DNA of 64,000 nt from Eledone cirrhosa (Eukaryota), in the NCBI GenBank assembly GCA_964016885.1, contig OZ024742.1:368094001-368158000 (forward strand). The letters run 5' to 3'. The notes under the pieces are model-generated. The model did no database searches, was not told the DNA's origin, and saw only the letters and a program-made list of their open reading frames with translations. How positions within the stretch are numbered: position 1 is the stretch's first letter; every line of letters begins with the position of its first letter. The translations under genes were made by a program, and so were the position numbers. This document shows positions 51,601 through 61,000 of the stretch, in pieces.

Positions 51601-54090
51601 CTATGTTGTGTCAGTGAGTGGTTTACTATGTTGTGTCAGTGAGAGAGTGGTTTACTATGTTGTGTCAGTGAGTGGTTTACTATGTTGTGTCAGTGAGTGG
51701 TTTACTATGTTGTGTCAGTGAGAGGGTGGTTTACTATGTTGTGTCAGTGAGAGAGTGGTTTACTATGTTGTGTCAGTGAGAGAGTGGTTTACTATGTTGT
51801 GTCAGTGAGAGAGTGGTTTACTATGTTGTGTCAGTGAGAGAGTGATTTACTATGTTGTGTCAGTGAGTGGTTTACTATGTTGTGTCAGTGAGAGAGTGGT
51901 TTACTATGTTGTGTCGGTGAGAGAGTGGTTTACTATGTTGAGTCAGTGAGTGGTTTACTATGTTGTGTCAGTGAGAGAGTGGTTTACTATGTTGTGTCAG
52001 TGAGAGAGTGGTTTACTATGTTGTGTCAGTGAGTGGTTTACTATGTTGTGTCAGTGAGAGGGTGGTTTACTATGTTGTGTCAGTGAGTGGTTTACTATGT
52101 TGTGTCTGTGAAAGAGTGGTTTACTATGTTGTGTCTGTGAGTGGTTTACTATGTTGTGTCAGTGAGAGAGTGGTTTACTATGTTGTGTCAGTGAGTGGTT
52201 TACTATGTTGTGTCAGTGTGAGAGTGGTTTACTATGTTGTGTCAGTGAGTGGTTTACTATGTTGTGTCAGTGAGAGAGTGGTTTACTATGTTGTGTCTGT
52301 GAGAGAGTGGTTTACTATGTTGTGTCTGTGAGAGAGTGGTTTACTATGTTGTGTCTGTGAGTGGTTTACTATGTTCTGTCAGTGAGAGAGTGGTTTACTA
52401 TGTTCTGTCAGTGAGAGAGTGGTTTACTATGTTCTGTCAGTGAGAGAGTGGTTTACTATGTTGTGTCAGTGAGAGAGTGGTTTACTATGTTGTGTCTGTG
52501 AGTGGTTTACTATGTTGTGTCAGTGAGAGAGTGGTTTACTATGTTGTGGCTGTGAGTGGTTTACTATGTTCTGTCAGTGAGTGGTTTAATATGTTGTGTC
52601 TGTGAGAGAGTGGTTTACTATGTTGTGTCTGTGAGTGGTTTACTATGTTGTGTCAGTGAGTGGTTTAATATGTTGTGTCAGTGAGAGAGTGGTTTACTAT
52701 GTTGTGTTAGTGAGAGGGTGGTTTACCATGTTGTGTCAATGAGGGGTTAACTATGTTGTGTCAGTGAGAGAGTGGTTTATTATGTTGTGACAGTGAGTGG
52801 TTTACTATGTTGTGTCAGTGAGAGAGTGGTTTACTATGTTGTGTCAGTGAGTGGTTTACTATGTTGTGTCTGTGAGAGAGTGGTTTACTATGTTGTGTCT
52901 GTGAGAGAGTGGTTTACTATGTTGTGTCAGTGAGTGGTTTACTATGTTGTGTCAGTGAGAGAGTGGTTTACTATGTTGTGTCAGTGAGTGGTTTACTATG
53001 TTGTGTCTGTGAGAGAGTGGTTTACTATGTTGTGTCTGTGAGAGAGTGGTTTACTATGTTGTGTCAGTGAGTGGTTTACTATGTTGTGTCAGTGAGAGAG
53101 TGGTTTAATATGTTGTGTCAATGAGTGGTTTACTATGTTGTGTCTGTGAGAGAGTGGTTTACTATGTTGTGTCTGTGAGAGAGTGGTTTACTATGTTGTG
53201 TCAGTGAGTGGTTTACTATGTTGTGTCAGTGAGAGAGTGGTTTACTATGTTGTGTCAGTGAGAGAGTGGTTAACTATGTTGTGTCAGTGAGTGGTTTACT
53301 ATGTTGTGTCAGTGACAGAGTGGTTTACTATGTTGTGTCAGTGAGTGGTTTACTATGTTGTGTCAGTGAGTGGTTTACTATGTTGTGTCAGTGAGTGGTT
53401 TACTATGTTGTGTCAGTGACAGAGTGGTTTACTATGTTGTGTCAGTGAGTGGTTTACTATGTTGTGTCAGTGAGTGGTTTACTATGTTGTGTCAGTGAGA
53501 GAGTGGTTTACTATGTTGTGTCAGTGAGAGAGTGGTTTACTATGTTGTGTCAGTGAGTGGTTTACTATGTTGTGTCAGTGAGTGGTTTACTATGTTGTGT
53601 CAGTGAGTGGTTTACTATGTTGTGTCAGTGAGTGGTTTACTATGTTGTGTCAGTGAGAGAGTGGTTTACTATGTTGTGTCAGTGAGTGGTTTACTATGTT
53701 GTGTCAGTGAGTGGTTTACTATGTTGTGTCAGTGAGAGGGTGGTTTACTATGTTGTGTCAGTGAGAGAGTGGTTTACTATGTTGTGTCAGTGAGAGAGTG
53801 GTTTACTATGTTGTGTCAGTGAGAGAGTGGTTTACTATGTTGTGTCAGTGAGAGAGTGATTTACTATGTTGTGTCAGTGAGTGGTTTACTATGTTGTGTC
53901 AGTGAGAGAGTGGTTTACTATGTTGTGTCGGTGAGAGAGTGGTTTACTATGTTGAGTCAGTGAGTGGTTTACTATGTTGTGTCAGTGAGAGAGTGGTTTA
54001 CTATGTTGTGTCAGTGAGAGAGTGGTTTACTATGTTGTGTCAGTGAGTGGTTTACTATGTTGTGTCAGTGAGAGGGTGGTTTACTATGTT
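50060..54090 (+). repeat. Tandem duplication of a 2014-bp unit
   Basis: GAAAG 50098/52112, GTTAG 50694/52708, AGTGATTT 51845/53859 and GTCGG 51916/53930 are all offset by 2014. Confidence 0.92.
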
Positions 54091-57000
54091 GTGTCAGTGA
54101 GAGAGTGGTTTACTATGTTGTGTCAGTGAGAGAGTGGTTTACTATGTTGTGTCAGTGAGAGAGTGGTTTACTATGTTGTGTCAGTGAGTGGTTTACTATG
54201 TTGTGTCAGTGAGAGGGTGGTTTATTATGTTGTGTCAGTGAGTGGTTTACTATGTTGTGTCAGTGAGTGGTTTACTATGTTGTGTCAGTGAGAGAGTGGT
54301 TTACTATGTTGTGTCTGTGAGAGGGTGGTTTACTATGTTGTGTCAGTGAGTGGTTTACTATGTTGTGTCAGTGAGTGGTTTACTATGTCGTGTCAGTGAG
54401 AGAGTGTTTTACTATGTTGTGTCAGTGAGTGGTTTACTATGTTGTGTCAGTGAGTGGTTTACTATGTTGTGTCAGTGAGTGGTTTACTATGTTGTGTCAG
54501 TGAGAGAGTGGTTTACTATGTTGTGTCAGTGAGAGAGTGGTTTACTATGTTGTGTCAGTGAGTGGTTTACTATGTTTTGTCAGTGAGTGGTTTACTATGT
54601 TGTGTCAGTGAGTGGTTTACTATGTTGTGTCAGTGAGTGGTTTACTATGTTGTGTCAGTGAGAGAGTGGTTTACTATGTTGTGTCAGTGAGTGGTTTACT
54701 ATGTTGTATCAGTGAGAGAGTGGTTTACTATGTTGTGTCAGTGAGAGAGTGGTTTACTATGTTGTGTCAGTGAGAGAGTGGTTTACTATGTTGTGTCAGT
54801 GAGTGGTTTACTATGTTGTGTCAGTGAGTGGTTTACTATGTTGTGTCAGTGAGTGGTTTACTATGTTGTGTCAGTGAGAGAGTGGTTTACTATGTTGTGT
54901 CAGTGAGAGAGTGGTTTACTATGTTGTGTCAGTGAGTGGTTTACTATGTTGTGTCAGTGAGAGAGTGGTTTACTATGTTGTGTCAGTGAGAGAGTGGTTT
55001 ACTATGTTGTGTCAGTGAGAGAGTGGTTTACTATGTTGTGTCAGTGAGTGGTTTACTATGTTGTGTCAGTGAGTGGTTTACTATGTTGTGTCAGTGAGTG
55101 GTTTACTATGTTGTGTCAGTGAGAGAGTGGTTTACTATGTTGTGTCAGTGAGTGGTTTACTATGTTGTGTCTGTGAAAGTGTGGTTTACTATGTTGTGTC
55201 TGTGAGTGGTTTACTATGTTGTGTCAGTGAGAGAGTGGTTTACTATGTTGTGTCAGTGAGTGGTTTACTATGTTGTGTCAGTGTGAGAGTGGTTTACTAT
55301 GTTGTGTCAGTGAGTGGTTTACTATGTTGTGTCAGTGAGAGAGTGGTTTACTATGTTGTGTCTGTGAGAGAGTGGTTTACTATGTTGTGTCTGTGAGAGA
55401 GTGGTTTACTATGTTGTGTCTGTGAGTGGTTTACTATGTTCTGTCAGTGAGAGAGTGGTTTACTATGTTCTGTCAGTGAGAGAGTGGTTTACTATGTTCT
55501 GTCAGTGAGAGAGTGGTTTACTATGTTGTGTCAGTGAGAGAGTGGTTTACTATGTTGTGTCTGTGAGTGGTTTACTATGTTGTGTCAGTGAGAGAGTGGT
55601 TTACTATGTTGTGTCTGTGAGTGGTTTACTATGTTCTGTCAGTGAGTGGTTTAATATGTTGTGTCAGTGAGAGAGTGGTTTACTATGTTGTGTCTGTGAG
55701 TGGTTTACTATGTTGTGTCAGTGAGTGGTTTAATATGTTGTGTCAGTGAGAGAGTGGTTTACTATGTTGTGTTAGTGAGAGGGTGGTTTACTATGTTGTG
55801 TCAATGAGGGGTTTACTATGTTGTGTCAGTGAGAGAGTGGTTTACTATGTTGTGTCAGTGAGTGGTTTACTATGTTGTGTCAGTGAGAGAGTGGTTTACT
55901 ATGTTGTGTCAGTGAGTGGTTTACTATGTTGTGTCTGTGAGAGAGTGGTTTACTATGTTGTGTCTGTGAGAGAGTGGTTTACTATGTTGTGTCAGTGAGT
56001 GGTTTACTATGTTGTGTCAGTGAGAGAGTGGTTTACTATGTTGTGTCAGTGAGTGGTTTACTATGTTGTGTCTGTGAGAGAGTGGTTTACTATGTTGTGT
56101 CTGTGAGAGAGTGGTTTACTATGTTGTGTCAGTGAGTGGTTTACTATGTTGTGTCAGTGAGAGAGTGGTTTACTATGTTGTGTCAATGAGTGGTTTACTA
56201 TGTTGTGTCTGTGAGAGAGTGGTTTACTATGTTGTGTCTGTGAGAGAGTGGTTTACTATGTTGTGTCAGTGAGTGGTTTACTATGTTGTGTCAGTGAGAG
56301 AGTGGTTTACTATGTTGTGTCAGTGAGAGAGTGGTTAACTATGTTGTGTCAGTGAGTGGTTTACTATGTTGTGTCAGTGACAGAGTGGTTTACTATGTTG
56401 TGTCAGTGAGTGGTTTACTATGTTGTGTCAGTGAGTGGTTTACTATGTTGTGTCAGTGAGTGGTTTACTATGTTGTGTCAGTGACAGAGTGGTTTACTAT
56501 GTTGTGTCAGTGAGTGGTTTACTATGTTGTGTCAGTGAGTGGTTTACTATGTTGTGTCAGTGAGAGAGTGGTTTACTATGTTGTGTCAGTGAGAGAGTGG
56601 TTTACTATGTTGTGTCAGTGAGTGGTTTACTATGTTGTGTCAGTGAGTGGTTTACTATGTTGTGTCAGTGAGTGGTTTACTATGTTGTGTCAGTGAGTGG
56701 TTTACTATGTTATGTCAGTGAGTGGTTTACTATGTTGTGTCAGTGAGAGAGTGGTTTACTATGTTGTGTCAGTGAGAGAGTGGTTTACTATGTTGTGTCA
56801 GTGAGAGAGTGGTTTACTATGTTGTGTCAGTGAGAGAGTGGTTTACTATGTTGTGTCAGGGAGTGGTTTACTATGTTGTGTCAGTGAGTGGTTTGCTATG
56901 TTGTGTCAGTGAGAGAGTGGTTTACTATGTTGTGTCAGTGAGAGAGTGGTTTACTATGTTGTGTCAGTGAGAGAGTGGTTTACTATGTTGTGTCAGTGAG

Positions 57001-57239
57001 AGAGTGGTTTACTATGTTGTGTCAGTGAGAGAGTGGTTTACTATGTTGTGTCAGTGAGTGGTTTACTATGTTGTGTCAGTGAGAGAGTGGTTTACTATGT
57101 TGTGTCAGTGAGAGAGTGGTTTACTATGTTGTGTCAGTGAGTGGTTTACTATGTTGTGTCAGTGAGAGAGTGGTTTACTATGTTGTGTCAGTGAGAGAGT
57201 GGTTTACTATGTTGTGTCAGTGAGTGGTTTACTATGTTG

Positions 57240-58060
57240 TGTCAGTGAGAGAGTGGTTTACTATGTCGTGTCAGTGAGAGAGTGGTTTACTATGTTGTGT
57301 CAGTGAGAGAGTGGTTTACTATGTTGTCAGTGAGTGGTTTACTATGTTGTGTCAGTGAGTGGATTACTATGTTGTGTCAGTGAGAGAGTGGTTTACTATG
57401 TTGTGTCAGTGAGAGAGTGGTTTACTATGTTTTGTCAGTGAGAGAGTGGTTTACTATGTTGTCAGTGAGTGGTTTACTATGTTGTGTCAGTGAGAGAGTG
57501 GTTTACTATGTTGTCAGTGAGTGGTTTACTATGTCGTGTCAGTGAGAGAGTGGTTTACTATGTTGTGTCAGTGAGAGAGTGGTTTACTATGTTGTCAGTG
57601 AGTGGTTTACTATGTTGTGTCAGTGAGTGGTTTACTATGTTGTGTCAGTGAGAGAGTGGTTTACTATGTTGTGTCAGTGAGAGAGTGGTTTACTATGTTT
57701 TGTCAGCGAGAGAGTGGTTTACTATGTTGTCAGTGAGTGGTTTACTATGTTGTGTCAGTGAGTGGTTTACTATGTTGTGTCAGTGAGAGAGTGGTTTACT
57801 ATGTTGTGTCAGTGAGAGAGTGGTTTACTATGTTTTGTCAGTGAGAGAGTGGTTTACTATGTTGTCAGTGAGTGGTTTACTATGTCGTGTCAGTGAGAGA
57901 GTGGTTTACTATGTTGTGTCAGTGAGAGAGTGGTTTACTATGTTGTCAGTGAGTGGTTTACTATGTTGTGTCAGTGAGTGGTTTACTATGTTGTGTCAGT
58001 GAGAGAGTGGTTTACTATGTTGTGTCAGTGAGAGAGTGGTTTACTATGTTTTGTCAGTGA
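57240..58060 (+). repeat. Cluster of short local duplications containing 23-bp monomers (GT deleted: ATGTTGTCAG)
   Basis: 23-bp units lie near 57321, 57461, 57511, 57591, 57721, 57861 and 57941, together with recurring GTCGT and GTTTTGT variants. ORFs 57469/57820 are offset by 351. Confidence 0.85.
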
Positions 58061-61000
58061 GAGAGTGGTTTACTATGTTGTGTCAGTGAGAGAGTGGTTT
58101 ACTATGTTGTGTCAGTGAGAGAGTGGTTTACTATGTTGTGTCTGTGAGAGAGTGGTTTACTATGTTGTGTCAGTGAGAGAGTGGTTTACTATGTTGTGTC
58201 AGTGAGAGAGTGGTTTACTATGTTGTGTCAGTGAGAGTGTGGTTTCCTATGTTGTGTCAGTGAGAGGGTGGTTTACTATGTTGTGTCTGTGAGAGAGTGG
58301 TTTACTATGTTGTGTCAGTGAGTGGTTTACTATGCTGTGTCAGTGAGAGGATGGTTTACTATGTTGTGTCAGTGAGAGAGTGGTTTACTATGTTGTGTCA
58401 GTGAGTGGTTTACTATGTTGTGTCAGTGAGAGAGTGGTTTACTATGTTGTGTCAGTGAGAGAGTGGTTTACTATGTTGTGTCAGTGAGTGGTTTACTATG
58501 CTGTGTCAGTGAGAGAGTGGTTTACTATGTTGTGTCAGTGAGAGAGTGGTTTACTATGTTGCGTCAGTGAGAGAGTGGTTTACTATGTTGTGTCAGTGAG
58601 TGGTTTACTATGCTGTGTCAGTGAGAGAGTGGTTTACTATGTTGTGTCAGTGAGAGAGTGGTTTACTATGTTGTGTCAGTGAGAGAGTGGTTTACTATGT
58701 TGTGTCAGTGAGAGAGTGGTTTACTATGTTGTGTCAGTGAGAGAGTGGTTTACTATGTTTTTTCAGTGAGAGAGTGGTTTTCTATGTTGTGTCAGTGAGA
58801 GAGTGGTTTACTATGTTGTGTCAGTGAGAGAGTGGTTTACTATGTTGTGTCTCTGAGAGAGTGGTTTACTATGTTGTGTCAGTGAGAGAGTGGTTTACTA
58901 TGTTGTGTCAGTGAGAGAGTGGTTTACTATGTTGTGTCAGTGAGAGAGTGGTTTACTATGTTGTGTCAGTGAGAGGGTGGTTTACTATGTTGTGTCTGTG
59001 AGAGAGTGGTTTACTATGTTGTGTCAGTGAGAGAGTGGTTTACTATGTTGTGTCAGTGAGAGAGTGGTTTACTATGTTGTGTCAGTGAGAGAGTGGTTTA
59101 CTATGTTGTGTCTGTGAGAGAGTGGTTTACTATGTTGTGTCAGTGAGAGAGTGGTTTACTATGTTGTGTCAGTAAGTGGTTTACTATGTTGTGTCAGTGA
59201 GAGAGTGGTTTACTATGTTGTGTCAGTGAGAGAGTGGTTTACTATGTTGTGTCAGTGAGAGAGTGGTTCACTATGTTGTGTCAGTGAGTGGTTTACTATG
59301 TTGTGTCAGTGAGTGGTTTACTATGTTGTGTCAGTGAGAGAGTGGTTTACTATGTTGTGTCAGTGAGTGGTTTACTATGTTGTGTCAGTGAGAGAGTGGT
59401 TTACTATGTTGTGTCAGTGAGTGGTTTACTATGTTGTGTCAGTGAGTGAGTGGTTTACTATGTTGTGTCAGTGAGAGAGTGGTTTACTATGTTGTGTCAG
59501 TGAGTGGTTTACTATGTTGTGTCAGTGAGTGGTTTACTATGTTGTGTCAGTGAGTGGTTTACTATGTTGTGTCAGTGAGAGAGTGGTTTACTATGTTGTA
59601 TCAGTGAGTGGTTTACTATGTTGTGTCAGTGAGTGGTTTACTATGTTGTGTCAGTGAGTGGTTTACTATGTTGTGTCAGTGAGTGGTTTACTATGTTGTG
59701 TCAGTGAGAGAGTGGTTTACTATGTTGTGTCAGTGAGTGGTTTACTATGTTGTGTCAGTGAGTGGTTTACTATGTTGTGTCAGTGAGTGGTTTACTATGT
59801 TGTGTCAGTGAGTGGTTTACTATGTTGTGTCAGTGAGAGAGTGGTTTACTATGTTGTGTCAGTGAGTGGTTTAGTATGTTGTGTCAGTGAGTGGTTTACT
59901 ATGTTGTGTCAGTGAGAGAGTGGTTTACTATGTTGTGTCAGTGAGTGGTTTACTATGATGTGTCAGTGAGTGCTTTACTATGTTGTGTCAGTGAGTGGTT
60001 TACTATGTTGTGTCAGTGAGAGAGTGGTTTACTATGTTGTGTCAGTGAGTGGTTTACTATGTTGTGTCAGTGAGTGGTTTACTATGTTGTGTCAGTGAGA
60101 GAGTGGTTTACTATGTTGTGTCAGTGAGTGGTTTACTATGTTGTGTCAGTGAGTGGTTTACTATGTTGTGTCAGTGAGTGGTTTACTATGTTGTGTCAGT
60201 GAGTGGTTTACTATGTTGTGTCAGTGAGAGAGTGGTTTACTATGTTGTGTCAGTGAGTGGTTTACTATGTTGTGTCAGTGAGTGGTTTACTATGTTGTGT
60301 CAGTGAGTGGTTTACTATGTTGTGTCAGTGAGAGAGTGGTTTACTATGTTGTGTCAGTGAGTGGTTTACTATGTTGTGTCAGTGAGTGGTTTACTATGTT
60401 GTGTCAGTGAGTGGTTTACTATGTTGTGTCAGTGAGTGGTTTACTATGTTGTGTCAGTGAGAGAGTGGTTTACTATTTTGTGTCAATGAGTGGTTTACTA
60501 TGTTGTGTCAGTGAGAGAGTGGTTTACTATGTTGTGTCAGTCAGAGAGTGGTTTACTATGTTGTGTCAGTGAGAGAGTGGTTTACTATGTTGTGTCAGTG
60601 AGTGGTTTACTATGTTGTGTCAGTGAGAGAGTGGTTTACTATGTTGTGTCAGTGAGTGGTTTACTATGTTGTGTCAGTGAGTGGTTTACTATGTTGTGTC
60701 AGTGAGAGGGTGGTTTACTATGTTGTGTCAGTGAGAGAGTGGTTTACTATGTTGTGTCAGTGAGAGAGTGGTTTACTATGTTGTGTCAGTGAGAGAGTGG
60801 TTTACTATGTTGTGTCAGTGAGTGGTTTACTATGTTGTGTCAGTGAGTGGTTTACTATGTTGTGTCAGTGAGAGGGTGGTTTACTATGTTGTGTCAGTGA
60901 GAGAGTGGTTTACTATGTTGTGTCAGTGAGAGAGTGGTTTACTATGTTGTGTCAGTGAGTGGTTTACTATGTTGTGTCAGTGAGTGGTTTACTATGTTGT

